Assembly: GCF_000743755.1 (NCBI RefSeq)
Contig: NW_014569519.1
Span: 1 to 59,904, forward strand
Direction: 5' to 3'
Length of the DNA: 59,904 nucleotides
DNA from: Blastocystis sp. subtype 4
Taxonomy: Eukaryota
In this document: piece by piece, positions 37,501 to 51,783 of the stretch
Numbering within the stretch: position 1 is the stretch's first letter
Layout: each line of letters opens with the position of its first letter
Program-made: the position numbers and the translations under genes
Notes under the pieces: model-generated
Seen by the model: only the letters and a program-made list of their open reading frames with translations
The model's database searches: none
Told to the model about the DNA's origin: nothing

Positions 37501-38693
37501 ACGTACAGTGGTTACGGTACACATGTATAATGAAGAATCCAAATCACTATTCGGCTTTGCTTATGTTCCTCCAGTCTTATTCACTACATCAACTTACGTG
37601 TAGAATGTGCCAATTCCACAAGACCAGGTAGTTCCTCTTACAACACGCACTACATTTACTGATATCATTGGTCTGTATCTTCTCTGTAATAATCGTTCTC
37701 TCTTCGTGACTCGACTTCCATTGGAAGTAAGTTACCTTCTAGTATATGAACCTAGGATGTTGAAATGGTTCTCACCTCCATATCTGCTACTGCTAAACAA
37801 CGTGTTCTCATGCAAAATGTTTCTCTCACTTCTCAATACATCCTCTCCATTATGAACGAGTTAGTACCTCTGTATGAAACGGCTGTGAAACTGTCGCAGG
37901 GAGTTTCATTATTACGAATAGATACTGATCTGGAAGATACAAGTGTATGTTGTAAGTGCAGTCAACATTCGAAATGTATGATCACTGTGCGCCAGTTGAT
38001 TCAGTTGAATGCAAAGCAAAAAGAATTAAAGGAACTAATGTCTTCGGACAAGCTGAGTATGTTACCAGAACTTCACTCTCGCATTGCTGTATTGAGGAAT
38101 CTGATGTACGTTGATAGTCAAGATTTGGTAACACTGAAAGGTCGGTGTTGTTGTCTGGTAGGAGAATTGGAGAAAGTTCATTCTAGATTCGCTCAGGTAA
38201 TGCATTATTGCTCATTGAAATGCTATTTGAGAATCTACTAACAGATCTTGCCCCTCCCGAATTGGCAGCAGTCTTAAGTGTAATGATTTATGAACATGGA
38301 AGTGGATCTGGTGTGGTGTTGAGAAATCGACGGTTGAAAGACCTGAAGGATAAAATGATGATCATTGCACGCAATATTTGTCAAGTGGAAGTGGATTGTG
38401 GTTTGGAGAAGGAAGTGACTGATGAAGCAGTTGAGAAGATGTTGCCTACAGACTTTATGGAGGTAGCCTATAACTGGTGTCGTGGTTTATCATTTGCAGA
38501 GATCATGAAGGATGTGGATATGGCTGAAGGATTTGTTGTGAATCAGTTGTTACGAACTGTTCAAATGTGTCGTAAGTTAGGAGATATTGCTGTTGAGATT
38601 GGTAATCCAGAACTGCATTATAAGTGTGATGACATCTGTACTGCCATGTTAAGAGATATTGTCTTCACTCCTTCATTATATCTTGCTGAGTAA
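34515..38693 (+). CDS. SKI2: Ski2-type DExH RNA helicase
   Basis: [46 protein letters not shown] and C-terminal [11 protein letters not shown]. Confidence 0.9.
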
Positions 38694-38766
38694 TTTCTTT
38701 CTTAACAAACACACTCGCTCAACGTTCGAAAACTACCTTAGTAGCGTTGGCTTCATTACAAATATA

Positions 38767-40215
38767 TTAAACACTCATCATTGAGAGATCAATCTGTCCT
38801 TTATGTTCAGGTTTCGGAGGAGCCGACTTTGTAGTCTTCTTAGTTACAGGCAGCTCCTTCTTTTCTAACTTCGTATGGCTTCCAATATACACAACAACTC
38901 CCAGCAATAGAGCAACAATCAATAAACCTACAAACACCCAAATTAAGAAAGAATAATCGGGACATGAACCATATGTGAACTGTACACCATCTTGTACAAT
39001 CGATTTGCCATTATAATACAAGGAGATAGGAACCTTCGATTCTCCACTCCATAAGAAATCAGCAGTATGAGCCCACTGCCACTCGGCACGATCTACTAAC
39101 TTGGGACCATCACACAATAGATGGGTTTGATTGATGACCTTGGCAGGTGTAGCCGCAAAGTCACCAAATTGGCATGAAAGCGAGATAGAACTACTTCGAG
39201 GGAATCCGTGACCAATCATCATGATTTCTTGTGGCATATCCTCATTGCACAGGCCCTCTGGAGTAACATGAAGGACTACAGGACAAGTACTATTCTGGAG
39301 AGTCTCCTTCAGTGCGTTCAGTTGTGAATAATCAGATGCCAGACTGAAATACTCATTAGAAGGTGAGGAAGAGATCTGACGGAGATCATCCTCATAGTAG
39401 GAGGCCTCACCGACACCAATCGTGTAGATTTGAATATCGTCAGCTTTTGCCAAGTTTGCCTTATCGATTGCATACTGATTGCATGCATGAGGATTGTTGA
39501 TACAAGAAACTCCAGCATTAGGAGGGATTGTTTGATATCCATCTGTAATCAAGATAATTTGATCAGGGATATCAGGACGACTATTCCTGAGGATATTATG
39601 AGCCGTTTCAATTGCCATCGCAATGTTCGTAGAACCGGATAAACGGTCTGTGTCGAGAGCTTTACGCAAATCACAAGCATCGTAGGTCAAATCTTGAAGA
39701 GTACGAACACTCGTAGAAAACTCAAGAATTGAGACCTGGGTATAGTTTGGATGAAGATAATAATACTGAATAACGCTCTTCACAAAGTCAATAGCCTTGA
39801 CATAGTCAGAATCTGAAATACTGCTTGAAGAATCAATCAAGAAGACTACATCCATAGCTCCCTGACAGATTGCTGTTGAGTTGTACAATGTGTAATTGTA
39901 ATAACAACCATAATTACCATTCTCTCCAAAACCACCACCTTCTTGAGGGAAATAGGCATCTCCCCGAGTTTCCCACCAGTCGAACCAACCCTGTTCATAC
40001 CAGCCACCTCCAGAACTACCACCTGAACCACTACCAGAGCCACCTCCTGAACCACCACCAGAGCCACCACCTGAACCACCACTTCCCGATTCTGGACCAT
40101 CATAGCCAGGAGGGTACGTATCATCAAGTCTACGAATATGATAGTCTTCCAAAACAGGTTGAGCTGGAATAGCAACAATGAGAATAAACAATGCAAAAAC
40201 AGTAAAACTTCGCAT
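38767..40215 (-). CDS. Type I membrane protein: signal peptide, Gly/Ser linker, vWA domain, IPT/TIG-like domain, TM
   Basis: DVVFLIDSSSS MIDAS motif, STNIAMAI, LITDG, IYTIGVG; GHGF...CQFG...LLCDGP; TM near the C-terminus. Confidence 0.82.
   Translation of the reverse strand: MRSFTVFALFILIVAIPAQPVLEDYHIRRLDDTYPPGYDGPESGSGGSGGGSGGGSGGGSGSGSGGSSGGGWYEQGWFDWWETRGDAYFPQEGGGFGENGNYGCYYNYTLYNSTAICQGAMDVVFLIDSSSSISDSDYVKAIDFVKSVIQYYYLHPNYTQVSILEFSTSVRTLQDLTYDACDLRKALDTDRLSGSTNIAMAIETAHNILRNSRPDIPDQIILITDGYQTIPPNAGVSCINNPHACNQYAIDKANLAKADDIQIYTIGVGEASYYEDDLRQISSSPSNEYFSLASDYSQLNALKETLQNSTCPVVLHVTPEGLCNEDMPQEIMMIGHGFPRSSSISLSCQFGDFAATPAKVINQTHLLCDGPKLVDRAEWQWAHTADFLWSGESKVPISLYYNGKSIVQDGVQFTYGSCPDYSFLIWVFVGLLIVALLLGVVVYIGSHTKLEKKELPVTKKTTKSAPPKPEHKGQIDLSMMSV
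40005..40085 (-). repeat. Coding low-complexity (GGGS/GGSG)n repeat
   Basis: Imperfect 12-nt ccaccacctgaa/ccaccagag units encoding SGGGSGGGSGGGSGSGSGGSSGGG. Confidence 0.8.
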
Positions 40216-40264
40216 TCAATTGAATATAAATCTTTAGATAAACGTCCAATCATCTACCTTCTTC

Positions 40265-40990
40265 ATGATCATCATGAATCACTATAGAACAAAAAACATC
40301 CCGATTTTGTTCAGTTAGGTTTTCTCTTCCATGAGACTAGTTATTGAGGGAAGAAGAAATGAGGGAGCTGAAAAACTGGACGAGGAACCTGTTTTTGTTG
40401 TCCAACAATTGGATTGCATCATCAACCGAAGTATAGTTCATTCCTCAGGATCCCTCTATCTCACATCAGAGTAATCAAATGAAATAGTTTTAATTTAAAG
40501 ATATGGTATCTTTCTTTCGAGTCCCGAAGAAGACTATTCTCTAGTCATTGATTATAAAGCAATCGGTGTTCATGCCGTTTGTCATAGTGCAGATATTTAT
40601 AAACGACCCTGTGTCTATTGTCAACTCTCAGATCCTGAAGAAGATGAGTTCGATTGTGCGACATATTCTCCAGGATTCGATATAGAAAGTGAGGAAGATA
40701 ATGATGCATGTGAATGTATTCATCCGAATTCGGGTGTCTATGAAGTTCTTTTTTCTCCTGATGATGATACAATACGTAATTATGGGAATCTATTGTGATG
40801 TAGTAAATCCACTATTTGATAGTCTCAGCCATCTCCAAACTGACTGTCAAAGTCCTGAAGAAGACCTTTTTGATATCGACAGAGATATTGCTTTCGACTG
40901 TAACATGGCACAACTATTCGAGCAAGCAGATGTATGTCCACAAAGTAATATGATTATTAGATTGAGTATCAAACCAAACATTTAGAGTGA
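40265..40990 (+). CDS. CLNS1A: Methylosome subunit pICln
   Basis: SGSLYLTSE...IDYKAIGVHAV...PCVYCQL...EVLFSPDD...LFDSLSHLQ. Confidence 0.75.
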
Positions 40991-41012
40991 TTTGTTTATT
41001 ATCATTCATCAC

Positions 41013-44000
41013 TTACACTACAGAGGGTTTTGCCTTGATCATCTTTCCCTTTGCCTTTGCACCAGGAGCTGCTTTCTTCTTCTTATTCACCTTAAGGAGA
41101 ATTAGTATAATAACTATAATAATCACAATTATCACCACAATAAATATAATTAGAAGCATGATAGGCATACAGAATCCACTCTCCTTTTCCCAGACACCAT
41201 CTTCATCACCCAACACACATGCTCGTTTCTTTGTACCAATATAACTTCCTAATTCACGACAACTATAAAAAGCCGTTTCATCAACATAAGTTCTTGAGAA
41301 AACACCATCTGCTAGACAGTATCCCCGTCGTACTGTGATTGAGATCACTACTGCCGTGGCTGCCACAGGGTTACGACCGAATACAGTGTAAGAAGAGATA
41401 TCAGTAAGTTTCTGAGGTGTTCCGAAGATCTCTCCAGTTGTAGAATCCAGTTCCAATCCCTCAGGCAGTTCTACATTGTCCAATGAGAACTCTTCAATAA
41501 CATATTTGTAGCGAGGCTTTCCAGTAGTGACCTTGGTACCTAATACAAACACATAGGAGGATTGTTGATAAGTAAGATCCTCTGGAATACGGTATACACA
41601 TCGATCTGAAATCACATCACTCAATACACCATTCGTGCAATTTCGATAACTGTATCCCTTGAAGCCATAAGGACAAGAAGCAGGTGAAATCTGTCCTTCG
41701 GAAACAGATGGATACTCATCGATACCAGGACACGCCGTACCACTTGCCTTACAATAGAGTGACACAAATGACATCACAGTCAGTGTATTCGATGATTCAT
41801 TTTCATCCTGCTCAAATCGGAATGTATTGAAACCCATAAAGCCCACAGAAGTGTCCTCTGCCATTCGCTTGTTCTTCTCCATCTCCTTTCCCCTCACTTC
41901 AACCATTGTGAACCGATCTTCTGATCCAGTGAAGGAGCCATAGAATGAATAGTAATAATTAGTCACAGACAAGGCGTTCTGAATAGCGAACTGGTTGAAT
42001 TTGCTTCCCAGAAGATTCTCAACAGTCCATTGGATGTAGGCCTCCTTCTTAGTAGGCAAGCGCAACCTTGTCAACATATACATATCCAGAGCCTCTTCAA
42101 TAGTACCTGCATACAACTGCGAACTTTCAAGGGAAACATATGTATCAACGACAGGAGAACACGTCTCCACACCGAAGATACCTGAGGCATCAAACGACAT
42201 GGGGACTGAGGTCGGCGTTTCGGTAGCACGATGCATCTCGAAAGCTATCACGTTCGTACCATCCACACCTCCATCAATGCTGAGAATCACATGGAACTTA
42301 CTGAAGAGAGAGGGATCTCGAGCAGCGAGAGCATTCGTCTCAGGAGTGATTTCAGAAGGCATATTAAACAGAGCCACACGCTTGCCATTGAAGTAAGCAG
42401 CCAGACCATCCATGTATCGAACACGAATATTTAGCACCTGATAATCCTCAAGTGAGGGGATATTGAAGGTCTTACGAATATAAACAGCATTTTCTGTAGT
42501 CATACCCAGATCAGCAGCCTTCATCACACTCCATTGAGAAGCATCATAATCAATTAACGTCCAACCCTCAGTCACCAGAGAACTCTGTATAGCAATCGTC
42601 CAATCTGTAAACTCAATTTGGAAAGGAACCAAAGATGTGAAAGTGGTTGTAACAATTGAAGGCTTGGTCATCTTTGGAACTTGATTGATGTCAAATCGTA
42701 ACTCACCCTGATCAATGGACAAACAGTATCCAGCAGGGTCAAACCAACCATCTCCTGACGTGTCAATAGCTTCAAACGTATAGAGAGCGGGCTCGATACA
42801 GAAGTCACCATAGTATAGTGTATTTCGTTGTGCAACGACATCAACACGTTTTAACACAGGTCCTGTAGTTCCACGACCATGATATACTGCCCATTTCATC
42901 TCTGAAGGATAGCTATCTGACCGAATAGTGACAGTGATTAGATTGTGATCACCAGTACAACTAATGATATTGGCAACCATCGGGCACGATGTAGCTTCTC
43001 CACTCAACTTCAGTGCGCTAATAGTGAAGTGATAGTTATTGGTGAGTTCAGTAGGAGTACCCATCAGAATACCCGTAGGTGGGTCTAACGACAATCCAGC
43101 AGGAAGAGCAGGAGACACAGTGAATTGGAGATAATGGGTATCTGTGGGATAGACCTCAGCCATTTCGATATTCCGAAATGCTGTCAATGGAGACTCATAG
43201 GACAGATCAGGGATATTCTGTTCGATGCGATCAGCATTCAGTTCCACTCGATTCACATACCAATAACAGTCCTCAATATCAGAGGCAAAGTTCGTAAATC
43301 GATACATGTTGTATGGTTTGTTATTGTTTAAATAGAACAGTTTGTTCTGTGCTACCACCCACCACTTCAATTCACTCACATCTAACAACTGGGTCCATTC
43401 TTCTTCCTCCTTGTTACGGGCCAAGAGTTTGAATGAACGCCATTGACGCATGAAGGATGAATAATAGGCTTGAAGAGTAACAGAGCTGATCCACTCACGA
43501 CGATCATCATTGAATGTGATCTGGATCCAATTCGAACCACACTCAGAGTTATAGGCTCCTGTGTCTGAAGAGAGATCCCAGGCATCCGTAACTTCACCTT
43601 TCACATTTTCCTGAGTGAAAGTGGCATCCATCACTCGAGTACTTGCATCACTACCAAAGAGACGAATCACAGCATCAAACTCAGACACAGTGGGTGTGGT
43701 TGTAGACAGACCCACTAGAGCAATTGCAATGGAATTCTGACCCACCTTCAAATAATCCACTGCTGATGATCCAGAGGTGATTACTGTTCTGTAGGGAAGG
43801 GTGATGAATCGATACTTCACTTCATTGTAGAGGCCATCAGCAGTCATATCCATTGTTAGTTGTCCATCAGGCACATTATTCCTGAACACTTCGACTCCAT
43901 TCATATACACAATGCAACCAAACTTATAACGAATACCCAGAGAGAATGCACCTCCATTCTCTAACGATGAAACACTGAAGATCTTCTTATAGATCTGAAG

Positions 44001-45986
44001 ATGATTCGTGGAATTGGGGAACTGACCGTAACTCCCTTGTTCCCATGAAGGTGTATTTGTATCATACCAATTGGTAGGAACTTCACCCATCTTGTAGTAC
44101 CACTGAGATTGATCTGAAATAGGTTGCTGAACACTGAAGTAATAGGAACCAGGAAGAGAGAGACGAGTATTATCGTAATTGCAACGTAGGATTTGTTCTC
44201 GTTGTGCACCATGCAGCACATAGACATTTAGATAAGAATACTTGTACCAATAATCACCAGAACTAGTTGTCTCCACTTCATAACGTGAAGCAGTACTACA
44301 AATACGTTGAACTGATATGGTGTTGTCCTGCTGATTACTATTAGGCTCAACACTCAGAATTGTTTCTTCTGTATCAAGGTTAATCAACTTATATCCTTCT
44401 TTTGAGGACTGTCCTTTGTATACACGCTCAATCTCAATAATAGGATTTGAACACATGTTCACTGTAAGAGTGAAAGAGGCAGAGGCACCGAATACGTCAT
44501 AACTACTTACTACAAAGGTGGTTTGAGGAAGAGTCTCGGTAGCAATACCAGAAATTGAACACGAAACAGAATCAAAAACAAGACCATTAGGAAGGGAAGG
44601 AGTAATAGTACAATTGCCTGCTCCCAGAGTTGTCACATACACATGAATTTGTTCTACATTCGTATACACTGACAATGAAGACACTGACAATGTAAGCGAA
44701 GTTGGAATAGGAATATTACACACACCAAGATACAATTCAGGAACCATCACTTGTGATCCACCTTCTAACCACTGAAAACGGTATGCTCCATATGGAGTAT
44801 TTGCATTATAGATCGGAGCAACGGTGAACTGTTCAGTAGTATACACCTGATTGTACATCGTCTTGATGACTGAGAACCCCTGAGCACTCTCTAGTGAAGG
44901 TGCTCCTAACACGTTATAAGCAGTAGCACCAGAAGAACCCATCGAAGCAGGATACCACATGATGGCATTTACAGCAGGAATCACCTGGACTGTGAACGAA
45001 TAAGACAAGTAATCTTCAGTTCCTGTTAGGGGTATGGAGTAAACACGGCTCTTATAGTAATCCATAGCATAGATTGGGCTTTCACCTCCTGTAGAAGTGA
45101 TGGTGGGAGAATAAGGGAAAGGATAACAGTTCACATCTGTCATTGCTGCAGCATACACAGAAAGCCAAGCATCGAAATCAATGGACGTTACTATAGCACC
45201 TGCAGACATATGGATTTCAACAGCTAAAACACAGTCTGATGATTCAATCTCTAATCCTGATCGCACGACTCCTCGGAATTCTGATGTTGTAAAGGACCCA
45301 ATAGCTTCTGTGGATGAAGTGACCTCCCCAACAGGCATATTTCGACGATAGATTTCCATACCATTAATGTAGGCAATAATTCCATATCGGAACCTCATTC
45401 GAACTTCATATGCTGCCATATTCGAAATACCAGTAAAGTGTTTTCTGAAATACTGCGTACCGTCGGTAGGAGTTGATGGATTACCGAGTACCACACTGGT
45501 CCACGAATCGTCATTATAATCAATAGAAGTCCATCCACTTGCATAAGAATTCGTAAATTTCCACTCCGCATTTGTCTTTAAAGGATTGTAAAGGGAAAGG
45601 GCATTAGTCAGTGTACGCTTTGCATACAAATAACCCTTAAACACAATATTCTCATAGGGACCATGAACCTCTAAATAGGCACCATTTGTCCAGCTGTCTC
45701 CATAAGAATCAACTAACGAGATAGTATATTGGTCATTGACCGTCTTTTCCAAACAATAATCGATCGAATATAACTGGTCTATTACTTGAGGTGGAGAAGA
45801 GTACAAGATTTGTGTTCCACCGTAAATTTGTACACTCTCTTCAGTTGCATGATTACGATTCTGCTTAATTATTTTGACCCAGTTCTCCTGATCAGAACAA
45901 ACAACTGCCGTCGACAATACAACTACATCTCAACGAGAAAACTCAACACTACACAGAATAGACAGGATAACAACTACAAACTTCAT
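41013..45986 (-). CDS. About 1650-aa type I surface protein with three tandem modules (beta-sandwich + putative Ig domain) and Cys-rich juxtamembrane units
   Basis: Signal exon MKFVVILSILF. YFRKHF...IAYINGME recurs three times. LPNGL/LPAGL/LPEGL..D..G...GTP recurs three times. C-terminal TM and Lys-rich tail. Confidence 0.85.
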
Positions 45987-46277
45987 TATTAACTGGTACA
46001 GTGAAGTCTCGTTAAACTATTGGTTATGACGCGGTTCTACGGTTTCTCGATTCTAGTTCTTCTCGAATTCTAACTACAGAAAAAACGATTTAGGGGCAAA
46101 ATAATCTAGAATAAACACTACAAATAGTGCAGAGTGGAATCAGAACAATAGTGGTTTTGTACTCTACAAAGAGTGAAAATTGCGTGTCAAATGCACATTC
46201 CCGCAGTTATTACTCTTCAAACGACAATACAGTTATGCTATCATTCTGAAAGGTCAATCCTGAAGGGTTCTGTACAA

Positions 46278-46359
46278 GACAACTTGTCCGAGTGGTTAAG
46301 GAGACAGACTAGAAATCTATTGGGCTTTGCCCGCGCAGGTTCGAATCCTGCAGTTGTCG
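46278..46359 (+). tRNA. tRNA-Ser(AGA)
   Basis: GACAACT/AGTTGTC acceptor stem, D loop CCGAGTGGTTAAGG, anticodon loop CT-AGA-AA, long variable arm, GGTTCGAATCC, then a T-run Pol III terminator. Confidence 0.95.
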
Positions 46360-46452
46360 TTTTTCTATTCTTTATTCTATCCTTTTTCTCACTTTCCACA
46401 TTTCAATCACTTTTCACACTTGCATTTGTTAACAAACACACTCTCAATCGAC

Positions 46453-47070
46453 TTATCGGTATCTACGAAGAGAAAGAGTGTTACGACGCATCCAGCTGGC
46501 TCTCATGGATCCACCAATGCGCTTGTTAGCACGATGACCCTTCTTGTTCAAGCCACGAGCATGACGACCAGCAGCAGTCAAACCACGGCACTCACGATGC
46601 TTCATTACAGGACTCACAATCCAGTTAATCTTAGGATCGTTACGAATGGCATTGTGGCTCGGATCCACAAGAATCACCTCATAATACTTGTAAGTAGCAT
46701 CCTGGTTCACCCAGTAGCTGTTCAATACACGCAGGTTCTTGCACACACGACCCACACGACACTCAGCAATAGAACGAAGGTTACGGTTGTTCTTCAAACC
46801 AATAATACCCTGGTTCTTGGGCTTTCCATACACAATACCCTTAGGATTAGGTCTTTTACGTCCTCCACGACGAACAGCAACACGATACACAACATAACCC
46901 TGCTTCGCCTTCATTCCCAAACGACGAGCCTTGTCGGGACGGGTCGAATGAGCCACACGGCAGATCTTGGGGAGTTGACGATACTCCCAAGAACGAATAC
47001 GAAGCACATAACGCATAGCATCACTCTGCTTCTTTCTCCACAGCTCTTCCAAGTACTTGTAGGCACCCAT
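46453..47070 (-). CDS. RPL15: 60S ribosomal protein L15 (eL15)
   Basis: [17 protein letters not shown]...LRVLNSYWV...LSLRRYR. Confidence 0.97.
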   Translation of the reverse strand: MGAYKYLEELWRKKQSDAMRYVLRIRSWEYRQLPKICRVAHSTRPDKARRLGMKAKQGYVVYRVAVRRGGRKRPNPKGIVYGKPKNQGIIGLKNNRNLRSIAECRVGRVCKNLRVLNSYWVNQDATYKYYEVILVDPSHNAIRNDPKINWIVSPVMKHRECRGLTAAGRHARGLNKKGHRANKRIGGSMRASWMRRNTLSLRRYR

Positions 47071-47199
47071 GTTGAATCGATATTGTGGAAGTATTCAATG
47101 AAACACGATGGAATTGAACTATGTAATGAATCCATATTGAATTGTGACTTAAGATTCAGGAGTGTTGACCATTTTGTTTCTCATATTGCCTTTGAATAG

Positions 47200-47856
<657 letters not shown>

Positions 47857-48034
47857 AACTATTGAAATTATCAATAGTCATTCACAAAGGTGGAGTTGTT
47901 TGTTTTTATAATCGTTTTCCCTACTAGATTCTGTAGTTGGCGGGAAGTGTTCCCTGACTTCTGTTTTTCCTCATTTCCAATCAATAATCATGGTACAATT
48001 CAATAGATGCATTGAATGATAGAGTGCAACAACA

Positions 48035-49840
48035 ATGCAAATGAAGCAACAACTGGAGACAGTCTCCCAGCAACAATCTGTAGCTGTTGTGAAAAACATG
48101 ATTCGGACATCAGTATCTGTATTTGGGCAGTGTCATGTAGATTAGTGAGATCTGTTATCTACGAAATCTCTTTGATGGAGATTGTTTTAGTCAGAAGAAT
48201 TATGCTGGAGTTATGATTAATGCGTTGCATCCTATTGACAAGAAAGAGGGAGAGGAAGAACCACACATTCGCAATCAGGAAGCATGGCAACTCACACGAT
48301 GGCTAGAAGAAGGTGTATTTGGTAGTATTTATCCCCTTCATTCATTCTAGATGCACTTGAGAAACGATATCTGAGAGGATTAGTATTTGCCATCTATGAT
48401 AATCCTGAACACAAAGAACAGTCCAAACTACTCGAAACCTATTCCTATGCCTTCACTTATCCTGATTCTACAAATATCACTCTCGAAATGACTCGGAACA
48501 ACAGTGAAACGAATCTGCTTAGTACAGATGGAGTCAAGAATCAAGCAGTAATAATGAAGAGTACTCTGATATTCAGGTTATTCTGCTTCGAACCCTCATC
48601 ACTCTCTGTAGCACGCTTAATCCTCTTCCACGAGAACGATGGATTACGATTCAATTGTATTACTATGATGACATTACTGTTTGATTCTTTCTTAAGATTG
48701 ATTCAAAGCCACCAGATTATCAACCCAAATACTTTGAAGATACTGCAGGTGCTACAATTCGACCAGGAGATTCTTCTTTTGTTTCTGATCCCTTTGTGAT
48801 TGAAGCAGGTCGATTACGCACAGTGAGAACAAAATAGAAATCTCATCTCTAGCCATACCATACCATGTGTATGAAAGTGCGAGTGACAGAAGGAACTCTT
48901 CAAGAGAGTTGTCATGATCTCCAAACTGAAGCAGAATCTGTAGACCAGAAGGAGAAGATGGATATAGATCCAAAGGAGAGAAAGGAAACACTTCCTCTCA
49001 ATCCAACAGAGAATCTTGTCAGTCAAGAAGAAAACCCAGATCTTTTGGATGATGAGATGGAGTCTGTTCTTCGTCAAGTGGTTCAATCCAACCGAATAGA
49101 TGTTGAAGTACTGTTTGTTTCCTCTTTTGATCTAGATGCTAACTCAATCTCTACAAATCAAACAAATTGACATTGATACAATCCTTGAGAAACTCTGTAA
49201 GTCTCTTTCTTCTCTCTCATCTCAGATCTACGAGGATTCCTAAACAAGATCCGATCTCGATTCGTCCTCACACAACGTTAAGTTGATTGATTCTTATCAT
49301 TCCTAGGAGGTCGTGAATGGGTTCGACAATATCCCAGAAATGAGAAACCACATATCCAAGTCCGTCAAGAAGATAGACAAACTACACGAGACCAGAGAGC
49401 AAAACAACTAACTCTCTCTCAAGGAGGAAGTGAGGTTGTTGACATTGTATTGGAACCAGAGCAAACATCACTCAATGCTCCTCATGTTTCACCTTCTCCA
49501 CGAACAGTAGATGCTTCAAAGAAAGCTCTTCAGATTCGAGCAACAACTTGGGGAACTGTAAGTGAATGAGAAGAATGTGATCCCTAGCCAATGACAGATC
49601 AATCCCTCTCTCAAACACCCAAAGTCATTTCTGGAACAAGGTACGTCCAATAAGTAGATAATGATGCTTAGAAGGATTCAAGCACCTACCAAGAAACGAA
49701 GAACCAAACATGATCAAGAAAGCGATGAGGAGTTTGAGCTTGACAATATCGAGTCTCACAAAAGAAGCAATGTGAAACGACCAATTGACCAAGGAGCCAA
49801 ACGACAACTTGACTTCCTATCAAGAAGAAGATGCAAATAA
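48035..49840 (+). CDS. HOP1: Meiotic HORMA-domain protein (Hop1/ASY1/HORMAD-like)
   Basis: Spliced SEICYLRNLF...WLEEGVFDALEKRYL...LLETYSYAF...LNPLP...LYYYDD..PPDYQPKYF. Confidence 0.82.
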
Positions 49841-49869
49841 TCATCTGTTTCCAATATACACAACCACAA

Positions 49870-50400
49870 TGTTTAATCGAATAGCTTGGATTAATACACA
49901 GAGAATCCTTTCATTCAGAAGCAAGGTAATAGATACACATAAATCCGTAGAATAGCACTACATGATGATGATATTGAAATACAGATAGTTAGATAATGCC
50001 TTATCACTAGTAATGATTGGATTTGTTGGATAACTCTGAAACTGAATTGAATACACAGTATCTGTCTAATCATATTCTGTGGTATGAGATATCTCATTCC
50101 AACCATTCACTTCACTTTCATAAGTCAGGAAGTGAGTAGTCTTTATTCTGGAGATACATCTTAGTCTGTTGAGGAATAAGTCCATGCAAGATTGCATGAT
50201 GATTGTACTGAAAATCGAATATAACATACTCCAACACATCAGACAGAGAGATATCAATAAAGAAGGANCTTCTGTTTGAACTTGAAAGAGAGATATTTCC
50301 ATTCATGAAACATAGTGAATTCAAAAACATGCAAGGAGATCCACTAGAATGGATTATCCCTAGTTTGTTCTATCCAATAGAACACATTATAATGAACATT
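49870..50400 (-). CDS. Possible hypothetical protein; structure unresolved
   Basis: Chain of short minus-strand ORFs separated by intron-like segments. No motif recognised. Confidence 0.3.
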
Positions 50401-50515
50401 GAATAGATAACAAATCCAATACATTCATCTATTCCTAGTTTGATTTGATAATGATAGTGACAGGAATCAATCCGATTTTCTGTTGGGTTATTCGGATTGC
50501 TCGTTATCGTTCAAT

Positions 50516-51758
50516 ATGGATTCTTTGAAGGAGATTAGAAGTGCAATTATGATATGACGAGTCATTGTACTTCTTTCTTCTTGTTATCTTGTTGTTTTGT
50601 TGGTCTCTTGTGTTGTTCCCATTTTCTATGTGTATCATGTTGTGATGATCTAATGAAGACATAGAAATCATTTTCTGCTTCGTTTGTACTCGTTCAAGAC
50701 TCAAGTCATCCTTTTAGTCCAATTCCTATTACAACACATCCTGTAAAGTATGTTTCATCTAACGAAAGTGAAATCGTATCAAAGAAAGTGTATGATCTTG
50801 TTCTCTTCACTACAGAAGATGGTCTAACTGACAAGAAAATGCGTAAAATGACTCTATTTCGAGATATGAGTGTTTTGTATTATGAGCATTTCAGTTTTCG
50901 TTCCCTTCTCTTCACAACAACTCCTCAACTCCATGATTTCTTCCAGAATACATCAGTAATTGTTGTTGATGATTTCAAGTGATACTGAATATCTCTTGTA
51001 AGTGATTAGAGTGAATCCATATGGCTTGCCTATTATCACCTCTCTTTTCTCCAAAGCATATCAGACAATTGAAGCAAAGTACTATGGATATTTGAACTCA
51101 GATATCTTGCTTCAACCCACTGTGTTTGAAGTTCTTCACTATTGTATGAATCAAACAGAACAAGGTGTATTGGCAAGAGAAGTGAGTATTGAATTGATTC
51201 TTCATTTTGTAGCATGAACTCGCTGGTCGTGTATATGAACGGGATTTCAAAGATATTCCTACCAGATTCACTTCATTGAATCAACTATCGGAATATTTCA
51301 CGAACTATTCTCGTCCTCGACAAGCTCTTCGGAATCGAGGAAGTGCTGTTCGCCTATTAAGAAGAATTGATTTGTAGGATTATTTCATTTTCTCTCGTCC
51401 TGCAATGAAGAACGTCATGAATGTGGAACAGAGAACTGTTATTGGAAGGATGCAAGTCGACAATTACTTGATGGGTTGTGTATGGAGAAATGAGAGTTTT
51501 AGAACATCAGAACTTGTGGATACTACAACAGTTGGTAAGAATGAGGAAGTGAAGTGAAGTGTAGTTCTTGGTATTCATGAAGGAAAAGAAGGTTTCTATA
51601 ATCGGAAAGTGGAGATGCAATCAAAAGAGAATCGGAATTGGAATTATGGAGTGATGCGTAACTTCAGTGTTCATTACGGGTATCTTTCTGAAAGAGGAAA
51701 TCGAGTTGTTCATTCAAACAATGGAATCTGTTGTACATTATCAGAGTATACCAAATAG
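50516..51758 (+). CDS. Hypothetical type II membrane protein, possibly glycosyltransferase-like; start uncertain
   Basis: N-terminal hydrophobic segment; NPYGLPII...YYGYLNSDILL, DYFIF and VIGRMQVDNYL. Confidence 0.5.
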
Positions 51759-51783
51759 TAGAAACTGTTTATGATACACATCC

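Noticed and set aside
45896..45903. TGTTTGTT inside the 5' coding region of the giant surface protein
   Set aside because: It encodes V-V-C-S in an open 1600-aa frame. Probably chance, and it shows the motif alone is not sufficient.
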